NCBI GenBank assembly: GCA_051294905.1
Contig: CM119377.1
Span: 10,230,001 to 10,294,000, forward strand
Source: Botryllus schlosseri
Taxonomy: Eukaryota
Direction of reading: 5' to 3'
DNA length: 64,000 bases
Shown piece after piece: positions 11,805-26,000 of this stretch. The position numbers and the translations under genes are program-made. Numbering within the stretch: the first letter of the stretch is position 1; the number at the start of each line of letters is the position of its first letter. A model generated the notes under the pieces. It searched no databases, was not told the origin of the DNA, and was given only the letters and a program-made list of their open reading frames with translations.

Positions 11805-14084
11805 ATTTATATTTCATCGGGCGTTACAAAGCTACCTGAAGAACGAAAGACATTTGGCAGATTTAATTTTTCCTGTAGGCCAATTAACACCACCACTAGT
11901 TCTCGACAGCTATTGTACTATTGTACTTGCTGTGGCATTTTGATGGTATATCTGTCTTGGGATCATGCAGATCTACTTATTTCTGACCTTGCAATGACAT
12001 ATGCGTGATATTAAACTTTATTGGGAGGGATTGTATCACGAATGTTACTTAGACACAGATTCCTCATATTTCGATGTGTGAACGCATTATACCCCATGTC
12101 GTTTCTACACTGCTTTCTTGACAGCATCGTGTATTATTGATATGTATAATTGAATAGTATGCTATTTAATTGTATAGATAAGTTCTGTACCTCCAAGAAG
12201 CTGTTCTAATGTGTAACTGTGCTGCCACAGTTCAGCCCATTTCATATAACTACTCCTGGTGCTAATTTGATTGGCTCCTATCGCTCCAGCAAGTGCTGAT
12301 ATATTTGATTGTCCCTCCAACTGAGCAAGATACACAGATGGCTGACATTATTGCCCACTTCTAAACTACCTAGCTGGCTTCATATTGTGATTCCTGCAAT
12401 AATTGTTTCACTTTTGTGTCACAGATATGGATGAGTCTAGCATTTCAACTTGAGCGCCGTCGTTACGATTTCCAAATGAGCAACTCAATCATTATTATTC
12501 ATATTTTCTACCCGGCGAGCCCATTGAATTTTGTTTCAAACCCTTCTCAGAATCAAATGCATACATCTGAAAAAATTCGGTGGAGCCCGTATTTCACCTA
12601 CAATTACTAAAATTTGACAGGCCAGTTGTATCAGTCGCTGGCAAATTTTTCGAACTGAACAAGATAAGGATATTCGCACAAATTGATATTTTCGACGACA
12701 AGTAAATAACATTACACACCATAAAACGGTCAGCTATGATTATCGATTAAAACAACTACAAAAATAATTAAACATTCAGCTATTAGTGCGAGTGGTACAC
12801 GAAATGGCAAAATGCAGATACAGTTAGCGACACCACGTACCGAAAGATTCAAGTGCCCTGATAGCACCAATTCCTTCTCAAAGGCAAATAAAAGCAAAAT
12901 CTAACATCATTTTAATCCAGGTTTTAAATAAGTGAAGATCAAAAGAGGCAATCCTACGTTACAATACACATTCTCACTGAAATAGCAATAGACGGTTGAT
13001 GTGGCATTGGCAATGCCATTTGGGCCACGGTGTGGGCAATATCAGTCTGTAAGCAAGGGAGCAATTGTAGATCAGAATTACAGATTAAAAACTAAATAAT
13101 TTACAGAGTAGAACACAACCAATTTATGCACGGTAGGGACTTGGGACCAGCAATGATTAGGTATAAGCAAACACTCGACCCAGGCACTTTGAACTTGTCC
13201 ATAATTTAGTAATGCGGCATAAGTTGTGTTATAGAGCGACTGGGGCTAAAATCTTGTCTAAGTGCTCCTAAATCCAACCCCTCACATCTATCATGGCCTT
13301 GGGGCAGAAATCCTTTATAACGGTAGCAAAATGTACAAGCTCTGTCACTGTAGTCTAAGCAGATACAAGGCCTACCCAGTCTGTGAACCATGGTAGCTAG
13401 GGTCGATTCATTTCACACCAGATAGTGGTGCTGAAATAGCACAATTTCACACTACAGCAGCGAATAGAATAATTCAGATAAATCGCAACATTTCATAAAA
13501 ATAGCACCAATCATTTTAAAAACATAGTAAAGAGAGATTTCATTGCCTAACACAGAAAAAGGATCACATTTCATTAAAATACTCCATAAAATTTATCAGA
13601 CGTACATAACATGGCTTGCAAACGGTTCACAGATAAATTTCATGTCATATCATGCGACCCATCGATTGAAAACTCGATTTAACTCTTCACACAAATGTAC
13701 CATAATAAGATATTGGCGCGTCTCCAATAGGGGATCAAACATTGTCACATTGCTATCATCACCGGACACGGGAGAGACAACTCATAATTGAAGCCAGAAC
13801 CATTGTAACACTAAGATTCCCTAGTACCTTATATGATACGCACAAAATTGTGAGGATTAGTAAAAATAGAATACAAAGCGGCAAAGAAACGATGCTTACA
13901 GAAAAGCGTGTTTGTTGTACAAACGGCTCTCCCTCTCGGGTTAGGCCCGCATGCAAAACGTTTAGCAATGAACAATTTGGGTGAACGTCTGTCCGTGTGT
14001 CAGGACCTTGTCGGCGACTCGGTTCTTTACAGCACTTGGTAGTTCTTCGTACTCTATTTCTTTTTGTACAATTTTGCAAAACCT

Positions 14085-17000
14085 TCAATTTGCCATGTTT
14101 ATTTCCGCCTCGGCTACCGTCCTGAAGATGGTTGAGAAAAAATATTGAAAACAAAGCCTGACAACACAAACTCAACTCATTGCGGTATTGATTACCTACA
14201 GGAGAGTCATAATCTATTTAGCAAATTGCTCGAAAGTCACTCCGACATACCACAGTTCTACTTTTGTACTACATTCGAGATACTTACTGTGTTGCTGTAT
14301 AGTACTCAAAGTGACCTCAACACTTCATTTTACGTAAAATTGTACTAAAACCGGTTCGTATATATATTCATTCGGGTGAGATATTGACAAGTTTTCAGTA
14401 CAAGGACTTCACATTTCATTCAGATTCCTTTGCTGAATGGCATAATTATTCCACATTACTACTCGCAATCAATTTTGCTATAATAAATTAGCATGAGAAG
14501 TAGAGGAAATGCGACTTGGTGTTCTAATGCTATCCAAAAACAGACATGTTCCATGCTCTGCCACTACAGCACCGGGCATACTTACGCTGAACACACAGGA
14601 TTTGTACAGATTGAGAGGTCTATTTAATTCACAATGAGAAGCATCTGTCAATTAGCGTGAACATGTAGATTTTATTAGAGATGTAGTTTGGAGTGCTGAT
14701 CAAAGATAGGATGCTGTTTTATTATACAAATAACATCACCACATAACTACAGTCTAGAACACGTTAGCTACCCAGCACCCCAAGGATTTGATTGAAACTA
14801 TGCACACCGGAAGCTACAAAGCGGAAGGACGCCGTACTCAAAAGTTCAAAATTGCGAAGAAAAGAATACGCCACACGATCGCTGTCTACTAAATGCACAA
14901 TGAAAACTACGACAACTACGCAGCAGTGAGATGATACGTTAGCAAGCAAAGGTACAATCTACAACCAGCACAGCCTGGCAAGCATGATAAGTTCATTCAA
15001 GCGTACGATACAAGCATAGCTCACTCGAGTCTAACAGCATAAGCCAAGCTGCATGCCACGCTAGTCAGAAGCTTCGGGACTTGATGATAACACAACTTCA
15101 ACGCTTTCACGATAACATTCCATCTTCGGTAAAACGCATGCACGTTCAAACACGAGAAAAATTCGCGTTTGCGATCAAGACCATATATCATATTATTTAG
15201 ACTACAGCCTTCTCGGTGGAGGATAGGCAACTATTTACTCGGGGAACACACATGTTGACCCAGACGTACACAGTCAACCTTTTACCCACTAATAAGGGCC
15301 CCCGGCTACTGCCTTGTCCTGCATCAAAAATGAGTTCTACAACCACACACCCAGCTAAAGAAAAAATGTGTGCCGGGGGTGAAATGTTGGAAATAATAAT
15401 GTGACGCGATGTCAAAAATTTGTTGGGGAATTCGTACCGTTCACACCTCCACCCCCCTGGAAACTGAGCAAGTATTGTTACCTAGTCCGGGAAATTTTTT
15501 TGAACTGCAAAGTCCTGATTCGAGAACTCGATTCATTGTGCCGCGTGCCCAGCCCTACTACTTAGTAGCAGTTTTATGTTTCGACATTGGCCTTTCATGG
15601 ACCCTTTAAAATAAGTACGTGGACCAAACCCCCGCCTTAGCTTAGCATTCACAACAATTACTCAAGTAAAAGTAGGTATGTAAGTATTCACTCAAGTAGA
15701 AGTAGCAATTCTGGAGTAAGTAAAAAAGTGGGTATTCAAGGCCAGGATTTGTCGAGGTCGAGGTAGAGCAAGAAGCTTAAGTAGGCAACACCTACTGGAG
15801 TACCGTAATTTTCCATGTATAATACGCACAGCACACACACTCCGGAAATGGCATGTCAGCATGTGGATTCTGGGAAAAAGCAAGCCTGTACCCATGTATA
15901 GTAAGCACCCTGCATTCGCAGTACATGAATAGTACATGCTTAAATGCCGATTATACAGGCCCTACTCGTGTTGACAAACTTGCCCGTATGACAAGTTACC
16001 ATCAATGGTTATGTTTTAGTATTCGATGTCATTCTGTTTTGCGAGGTCCCTGTTGAACAATCATGACATAACGATCGCTGCTGATTATACACTTAACGGC
16101 ATTGTCTCTAAATGATTGTAGATAGCAGCCAAAGCCTGTGAGGCCCGCGACGCGATAGTTCAGGCCAGCAACGATATCTTGCGCACGAGGCCCGTTACAG
16201 ATGCGATTGCTCAGGCCAACAGTCATACCATGCGCACCAGGCCTGTTGGAGACTAAACTGTTTAGGCAAGCGATTATAATTTGCGCACGTGGCCTTTTGT
16301 GTATCTGATTGACAAGGCCAACGATTATATCGTGCGCACCAGGCCTGCTGGAGATGCGACTGTTTAGACCAAGACCAGCGATTACGTCTTGCGCACAGGG
16401 TCTGTTGTATACGCGATTGTTCAGGCCTGTCGTTGGCGTGATAAATTAACGTGGATTGCCACGCGGGCGTGCAGCAATCAATGGCCTATTTTCGCCCGCG
16501 TATACAAGGGCAAAAAGAATCCGAAAATTTTGCACATTATACATGGAAAATTACGGTAAACTGGACAGAAATGTAGATAAAACTGTCAGTTTCTTAAAAT
16601 TTCATTCTACTTTTGAAAATACAAAGTATAAAAGGTATATAGTTTCACCTATAGAGAGGAAGGAGTCTAAACCCATAACCATTAGAGTAGCATATGCAAG
16701 CAGGCAAAATCCTACTTGAGTGCTTTGAAAAGTATAACACTTCTTAACTGATCGCCTCTGTGTGCAAGCGCACGCAAACTCATCCGCAATAAAAAACACA
16801 CCTTCCCGCAGGCAACCATACACCCCCGCATACCAAGCCACGTGGCAATGTCATTCGCGCCTTACCCCAAAAGTTCATCCACGTCGACATCACCATCGTC
16901 GGAGTCATGCCGGGCGCCGACGTCGAGCTGGGCCAGGGTTCGTTCCGCCTCTTCTAACACACCTAACGCCACCGCGGAACCATTCGGAAGCACATCGTTA

Positions 17001-20000
17001 GTGGGGCCAACGCGATTAAACAGCAAGCGTACAAGAGTGCATGCAGCGGAAACATGAGAATGTGCACGAGTGAGCTTTGCCGGGTGATGAAATAAATGAG
17101 GACGACTCGTGAGGCAGCGAACTGTGTGCCCACTACGTCTGTGTAGCGTGTAAGTATAACAAACAGTTACAACTAATACCGTATATTCTCAAGACGAAAA
17201 CGGACATTTGGATGTAGTTCGGATCTCAATAGCGAGGATGTGATTATAACATAGCTACATATTCAATACCGCTTTTGAAGAGACACTGAGAGACACAGCA
17301 CTTCAACATACGATTGAATTATATTCAGTTGCACAAATCCACCAACCTAACTTGTGCTAACAGACAGAGTTCGAGTATAATCTAAAAATAGTCCATAGAG
17401 GTTAAGCCTTAGTTCACCTCAATTATTCGAATTTTATTGCCACGTCATATTCGGTGATACACAGTTGATATACAAAGTACAAACGTATTTAGGATTCTTT
17501 ACTAGTCGCTGACGATTGCCCCTGACGAGTGCCAGCCCAAAATATTTGACATATTGAAATATTGTTCAATGACAGTGTTTTTGTTGATTGATACTTTTGT
17601 AGGTTCCCCGCAAAGATTAAAAGAGACCGCTAATTCCGATGGTATTTTGGAACTGGCACAAGAGAAGGTTAATGCGTATCAGATCGGACAAAAATTCAAA
17701 GGAAATTTGACCAATTAGCTGGTGTTATTCCAAAGCCTTGAGTTTTTCATGTAAGTCTCAAATCATCCGAAGCTTGGTCAAACCAGGACAAGTCGGAAAA
17801 AAACGTTACCACACCAGAAAAGATATTAATCATCAGAAATCGCACATGCAGTCCCGTCTGTTACATCACGCTCTACGAAAATCACGCATCATATTTCTAC
17901 GCGTAAATCGTCCCAATCCCAAAATTGATTGTTGCGCACGAGACAAATTACGCCGAAAAAATCCGCAGATAAAGGTCTACAACTATGTATACATACTTTC
18001 GTGTTGGGCAAAGTGTTCCGAATCGTCGTCTTCGTCTTCGCTGTCGCCCAGCAACGGTTGCTTGGGAGACGGCGTCGTCATGGCGACCACAACGGATCCT
18101 TCGCGCTTTTCTTTCTTTGGAGTTTTCTTGTCTGGCGATGTTGGCGCGGCGTCCTGTAAGTATCGAGACCAAGATGTCGACGACGTGTTATCGGAAATTA
18201 GAGAAGTACTGATTATTATTTTTACAAACATATTGAAAAGCAGGGTTGTAATGACTCGAGTCATGACTCGAGTCAGACTCGAGTCACGAGTTTCTGATGA
18301 CTCGAGTTATTTTCTCAAAATACGGAAATGACTCGACTCGAGTCAATCTTTGTATTGACTCGACTTGGACTCGAGTCATTGCGCATGACTCGAACCAAGT
18401 CACATGACTCGAGATTCAGACGGCCAAGACCGACATTTCATTGTGATTTCGAAGAATAGCAAAGTAACCAGCCTATTTGGACTTCGTCTATTAGTACTGC
18501 TACCTGAAAATGCGACCAGAAACTGTTGGATGAAAATGAGGGAAATTACTATACTATAAACGCGAACCATTCGACATCACCAAACAGAGTTATAAAAGTG
18601 CATTTAACAAGGTTTTATCTGGAAACAGGGCAGTCAACACAATGACTTGGACTCGGACTCGAGTCATAATACCATGACTCGGACTCGAATGTCTGCTCGA
18701 CGACTTGGACTCGGTGTTGAATTGAGTATGACTCGACTTGACTCGAGTCAAAACTATAAAAGTGAGATTGACTTGTGACTTGGTTACAACCCTGTTGAAA
18801 AGTAAGGTTGTAATCAAGGCTGGACACAACAATGATTTGAGTCAAGTAGTAGGAGATTATCAAGTACTAAAATTATACCTGTTTTAGACTGTGAAGCCTT
18901 GAAACCTCGTGTAATTGCTTTAACTACATTGCATAACTAACCCGGCGCTCGATCTCAACACGAAAACCAGCCCCACCTTATTTCTGTTGTTCTCCTCGTT
19001 TTCCTGCTGGACAACGGCTTCCGTTGTGACCGTCTTGGGTAACGGCGTGATGGGGGTCGCGGGGTCGACGCGCACAAAACACTTGGGCTCGACAACATTG
19101 CACACGGCCAGCGTGAATCTTTCGAATTCAGACGACGACATAAGGTAGAAACCTATAAAAAAGGGTGATTTCCACAATCTGCTAATCGTAGAATGTATAG
19201 AAATAGAAAGTCGAGGTAAAAATAAAGCGAACATTATTAGGGGTTACCAGTGAATTCAGCATTAGAAACGTAAGACTATATATCGTCGCGATGTCCATTT
19301 TTTAAATTCATAGAAAGAAATTCATGCAAAGTTAATCATGGCAAAGATATGGCCAGAAGAAGAAAAAAAAATTAACACGACATAAGCTACTATGATTCGA
19401 CAGCGACGATATCAGCGTGAACTGCGATTACTACACTTGGTGAATTCAGCATGATGAATAGCACCTGGCACGTATGTATTAATGCATATGCGATGCGTTA
19501 GGTTACGTTAGGATTAGGATTAGGGGCAGCCAAGTGCCGAATTCACGATAGTCATTATTCTTAGCATATTCTACACTACAGTAACGTCTACCGAGCAAGT
19601 TGCAAATCTCAACACCGTAAAAAGCGACCAAAAAGTGAATCTTCGACTTACCTTGGCCTGTCGTCGTCAGTATTGACGAGCCGATTCCGAGAGGGTTATT
19701 TGTAGCGATGCAAGGGTAGCTGACTTGCGGTCGGAATGACGGCAACACGGTCAGCAGCAAGATCTCGCCTGAAAAATTTGAAAAATGAAAAACAAAGTAT
19801 GTGAAACCGGATATATCAAAGCAAATTTATATAGTTTCACTCGGTTTTGAGACGGAAAAGAGCTTTTTGACTCGAAGATAGGCTGTCAAAAAGATAAGAT
19901 AAGACATAGTGTATTTTTGTCCTTTATGTTATACAGCGTATATACACTGACTCATGATACACATACACACGATCTGTGCATATCATGAGTGCACTATGTG

Positions 20001-23000
20001 CATATGCCACTGGACAAGGAAGGTGCAGACACAGCCTTGTAGGGCTTTCTAAATCTTGCACCACCACCCCTCCATCCTATCCCTGTAATACTGAGCACCA
20101 AGCTGGGAAGCCATTGATACCAATGTTACTGGTCACGTCTTTGTTCTCATGCAACTGGGGATTGAACCCCAAGCCGTACGCTCCACTTTTAGACCATCTT
20201 GTCTATCCGATTCAACATATTGTCAAGAGAATTTCCGAGTCAACTGCAACAAACTACTGAATTTTTTGCCAAAACACCTTGGTTTCAAAATAACTAGTAC
20301 ATACAGTTACTTCCCTCATCGCCAAACCACATCTGTCATTTTGCATCTGATCATTGATTTGAGAAATTCGGAAGATTGCCCCCCAAAAAAGACATTTCTT
20401 TCTTGTGCATATAAGATATAACCATTTTTGCTCCACTCAATATCTCATTACTGGAAAATTACCTTGATTCGTGAGACAGACCAACGCGTTTTCGCTGTAG
20501 TCCGGATTCGTGCCAGAATTGAACCGCGAATGCACCACCTTCCGTACCAAAGACCCGTCGATGGCGGTCAGTTTTAATTTTTTCCGCGGCGATATCTTGG
20601 GCAGCGAAAACACCTTGAATTGTTCTTCCGAGCTAAAAACGGAAACAATTAGAGACGTTTATTACAAAAATAGGAAAGGACTTTTTGTGCAAAGAACATG
20701 AAGTAGTGAATTGCCATCATACAATAATGTTGGAATTGGAAAAATACACAATAATTCTGGACACGGCGCATCTCACACCAGTGTTGGGATCTAGTCACTA
20801 CCTTACAGCCAACTCGAGTCATTTAAGATTAATTAAGTCAAGTCAAGCGTTATGTCGAGCAAATCTTCAAAGAGACTCGAATTTAGTCATCTCAAAATTC
20901 AAGATTTCGAGTAGATTTCAAGTCATTAAATATTTTCAGTTCCTGCTCTTTGATTGTAATGTGCGGATACATATGCATAATTTACTATACGCTTAACCAC
21001 GCAGAACTAGTCAAACTTACTGCAGTACCATTCCTAAACAATAAAACCATACGAGCTGAGGAGGTTATTCATGTAAATAGAAGAGAATGCTCCAGTATAA
21101 TTTATCGCAAGTGACGATTATTGACTGAAATGTGCATAACGGCTATAAAAACAGCATCGACTTTATATTTGTTTAAAGGTGAAATCATGTTTGAGCGAGT
21201 GGGAGAAACTTGTCACCCTATTTCATCGAAATTTAGATCTTATCCACCTGACTGAATTTATATATGAACACAATGATTGTAATGCTACTACGATGTCAAT
21301 CAGGCCATTATGACGGCCATTATGATGTTTTGTCTTTCATGTGGCTGCTGATTGAGCTGAAGACATCCAAACCATAAACGGAAATGGAATACAGCAAATA
21401 TAGGCCTAGTCTTGAACCCGTTGTTTTGCAAAGTAGAATATTAGAATACTTGAACGTGGCTCGAAACAAGAATGAAGTCGAGTCTGGGCAGTGACTTGAG
21501 CCTATTCTCATGCACATCAATATCTGACAACCGACCTGATAACAACAGAATGATGAGACGCAGAACCGTGACCGGTGCCGTTCGACGTCTTGCCACTACT
21601 CAGATGTACCGGCGATCCGTGCGCATCCACGACCGTCACATCGATAACAGGAGCCCGGTGCATGAGCTGAATCTCCTTACCTGAAAACCAGATACGAGAT
21701 TAATTTGCGGGGTAAATCACAGACTTCGTCAAAGTAGTCAATGTAAATGTCTATTCAATTACAAGCAAAAGCAGATATTTTCAAAATTCAAAATCATGTC
21801 AAGACTACTTTGAAAGTGTGAAAATGAAAGATATGAGAAGTACTCAAATGATTTAAAACGCACATTTGATCGGAAAAGGAGGGACAGGTAAACAAAGGGG
21901 TGGAGATGAGGGATATTTTGAAAACAATGTTCTAAATTCTAATCGATGAATTGGCTTAAATCTGTGTACAAATGCCACTGCAACAAGGATCAGATAATCT
22001 TTCTCGCAATAAAATGTCTACACGCATAAACATATGCCATATTAACATATAGATTTAGGTAGATTTTATTCAATTCTGTGCTGAGATGTGAATAACGACT
22101 GACTCACAAAGCAGGGGAGGGGAATCACAAACAAATTTCAGTGCGCTATTGATGACTGAAGGTGGCGGCATAATCTAGTATGACCAGTGGTTAATTATAC
22201 AGTTTTAGGTCGTTAAGACAGTGTACGGCAACATACAAAAAGAACAATATTCGAAGGAATTCGGAATAAGGGATAAGCGGATTACTCTCTCCGAGAGCAA
22301 TAAGGGGTTATAAAAAGGGGTAGAGTCAAGCTTCGGAAGGGGGTAGAGGTTTCTCTGATTCTACCCCAGGCTACGCCACTGCTCGCATAATTTTGACAGT
22401 TAGTCGGAAACATAACCACTCGATTAAATGGAGCAAGTAAGCAAAACCTACTCGAGTACTTTGTAGAAATACTCTGTTTCTGATCACTTATGCTAAATCA
22501 ACGGTGAGGACACGGACACCCACCTATTATCGAGGTCACTTCCAGTTCTTGCCTCTTGCTGTAGTCTGGAACGTCCAGCCCGTAGACGTAGATAGACCCG
22601 GTGTTGGTGCCGATCCAAAACGTCGGAGATAGGCTGACCGCTGAAATTGGATGTGAGAGAATAACGTCAAACACATACGTATAATAGAGGGAACAAAAGT
22701 CAGACAAAGTTGTAATTAGCACTGAGCAAACCGATTCTAGTACTGGAATCCGAATTGAGTATTAATTTCCATGATTTTAGTCGAGTAGTTTACATCCTTG
22801 CCACTAACAGTTATCTAAGACACGAGAATCATCGTTTCGATACTTGCTTACCTTTGTGGATGCGTTGTAGCCTAATTGGGACGTATGATATCTTACAAAA
22901 TATGTAGCGAAAGGCAACGTACGTTAATCACAACTAATTTGCAGCTACATTTCTTTGTAGTGATCGACCTGGGGGATCGTGTCAAGAGCGATATGCTGAA

Positions 23001-26000
23001 GTTCAACGGGTATTATTTACTTCAATGTCGCATAATAGGCAGATATTTGAACTGTTGAGGTAAGTTTTGCTAATCTGGACAATAAAAAAAGATCAGCACC
23101 CTCTCGAAGCCTATTTGAGAAGCTACATAAAAAACTGCAAGGTCAGTGCCTTCGCGATCCTCAGGTTGTGTCTGGGGGCAAATAGCGGAGAGGCTCATCA
23201 TTACTATTGAGAAAGAGACACAGTTTCAATTCTAGCATAGTTAACTCAATAGCGAAGTTGAGCAAGAATTTGTGAATTTGTCCGCAACTGCCACAACAAC
23301 GTATGAAATCGAACAGGGACTTACTATCTCGAATGTGAGTGTTTGCGAAGTAAATGCACCGAATCATTCCGCTCATGCCTTCGTCGGCGGCGCGAGCTTC
23401 CACTTTACGCTGCCCCGCCGGCGACCACGTGCCAGTGCCTGCCCCGCCAGGCGCCTCCTCTTCGTCCACAAGGGCGGCGTTGGCTTCCTGTAATTTCTGC
23501 AAGGCAAAGAGGCATTTTAACGCAATGCTCATTTCGAGCGTTGCACGACCACAGAGGCGATGAGAGCACTTCTGTTCTGAGTCTACCTTCGCTTTTGCCG
23601 AAATGATATTGTTTTAATCAACTAATTTCTTTCGACAGCAAATAGTCAATGGATGGAAAATGGCACCTATTTGAAGTGTCGTTCGTCATTTTGCACTCAA
23701 CAAAGAAAATGAAAGACAAACCTTCGACATGTCACCCCGGCGGTAATTTCTCCGTCTCCCGGACACCCGCGCTTTCTGGCCGTCCTTCCCGCGCTTGAAA
23801 CTGCCCCGCAATCGCCGTATCGACTGACGCAGCGACATTTTGAAGGACTTGGCCCGCGTGAAGTGACCGTCCATCGCCGAGTGGTCGCCCGTTTCCAGCG
23901 TGCACTGACTCAGGACGCACTTGTTCTGATGGCGAGAAAGGAAACAAGTTTTATAACAGAAAAATTATTGTCAATGCACCCCGTACATATAGTAAAAACA
24001 GGTCCGTTATGAACCAAAGTTACAAAAAAGCGGCCCCGTAAAATTGAAGGCCCTGGCTTTGGCTTGGAATGGACTTGTTCTGTCGGTGTAAAGGAAATAC
24101 ATTTCATAACCATACAGCTATTCTAAATGTTTCCCACGGACATAGTTAATGAGGTCTGTACAACGTAAAGTTATCGTAGCGGTGGCCACGTAAAATTTAT
24201 GTCACCAGCTCAGAACATACTTGGCAACGCGAAAGGAATCGTGCAATTGACGATTTGATAGAATGGAAAATTTCCCTTTTAAACTAGGCAGACCTCACGT
24301 TTCGGCATGGTTGCGATGTATCAAGTCGTCAAATTACTATAACCCGAAGTAACTATCGTCAATGGATGCCCCAACACAGACTCGGGACGCACTTATTACG
24401 GCGATGTGAAAGGAATTGTGTTGACAGTACACACTGTTAAATTTCAAGTGACTGGTCCATCTGGAGTACCGCTAACAAGATGCCTCTATACCTAAAAAGT
24501 TAAACCACATTAAAATGAAAAATATCGTCAATGTTCCAATAGACACAGATGATCCAGTCCGTACAACAGAAAGTTATCAAAAACCTCCCCCATAGAATTT
24601 CCTGATATTACCGCCGTTGAATTCGCTAAAATAAACTACCAGTAGAATACAGTAAAAGGACTTTGAGCGTATTTATTTACCTGCTGATAGTCAAATAAAG
24701 CATAACCGTGACTTGTTCCAAACCCGAGTAGACCCCACTGCGCCTGGACATTAATAGCGGTTATACCCGCCGGCGGTTTGCATTGCACTACGCTGTTCAC
24801 TTGATATCCTTCAAAAGCAAAAGTCAAAGCGTCAATATAGAACCGTAACACATATCGAATCAAAGCTTACCGGGTTCTAAAGAGAGGTGAATATCCTTTG
24901 GTATAAGTTTGTCGTGCCCTTTCCATGTGAAACCCGACCTTTCATGTAATATATCGACCTCTTTCGTCGTCAGACTTGTCTCAATTGCATCGTCAGATAG
25001 CACAAATACGAAAACCTTGGTATTTGAAAATTAAGGTGTTAAAAATTCAATAGAACCATTCATGACCAGTGTAGTGTCAAAAGACAGCAGCAAATTTATC
25101 ATTACAATAAAGTTCCAATTCTTTGTTTTGTGTTGCGTACTTTTGTCATAATTTCGTCGTGGTTTGATACTTATTTTAAAACTTGACCGGTCCAATAAAT
25201 TTATTTCAAATCGTATAATTACATAAGCTGAAAAGGTTGAGAACAAATGATATCAACTATAAACAGAGGCAGGCAGGAATTAAGCAACATGGAATCTGAC
25301 GTTTACGGTCAAAAGCGTGATACACATATTATGTATATAATATCAAAGACATAGTTCATGTTGACAGGAAATTACTTGAGAATGCACGCTTCAAAAATAC
25401 ATAGGCTGAGGAAGGGTCTGTATCAATTTAAAATCTAAAATACATGGTAGCCTGTGCCGAGATAATGAGAATGGAATGACTATGGTGAGCACCAATTTAA
25501 TACTACATATAAATACACGTAACCCTGCTTGAAAAGATCATTTAGTTAGCAGTAAATACCAACCTGTCCAGCTGTACCTCCAGCCACAACTGTACCGGTC
25601 TGTTGGCACATCGCTAATTTCCTAATTCCCAATTTCGGATCGTCGCTATATGGATCGAACTCTCCGATCTGTTAAAGAGATGACAAATGTCAGATTCAAA
25701 ATCCAAAATAACCACACATCATCCAATCTAGATACGTTACCTTTCGAAAAGGCGGGTATTCATCCTCGAATCCGTCGTTATCAATTGTATCGCCGTCGGT
25801 AACGAAGAGGTAAGAGGTATAAAGTTTCATCACAGGTTTCAGGCATGAGGTGGTCGCGTCCCAAAACTAAACGAGGTCAAACGCATATCACACGTGTCAT
25901 AAAATTCAATACTTAGCGGACAGATGATATCACGCACCTCAGTGTAGACTTCGTGAGCTATCAAATCTTAGCAATGATTTATCACCACAAGTTACTAGGT

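Noticed and set aside
12425-12610. Alternative TM-less last exon for BAX after the acceptor-like tttcacttttgtgtcacag
   Set aside because: The translation is not protein-like and the region is more simply 3' UTR. No support without RNA data.
17815-17830. U12-type AT-AC intron (ATATCTTT after Lgl exon a)
   Set aside because: No downstream TCCTTAAC branch site with a phase-compatible AC acceptor.
17738-18331. 197-aa plus-strand ORF, and ORF 52193-52564
   Set aside because: The first is antisense to Lgl exon 23 and runs into a MITE. The second lies inside a non-autonomous element with no transposase motif I can recognise.
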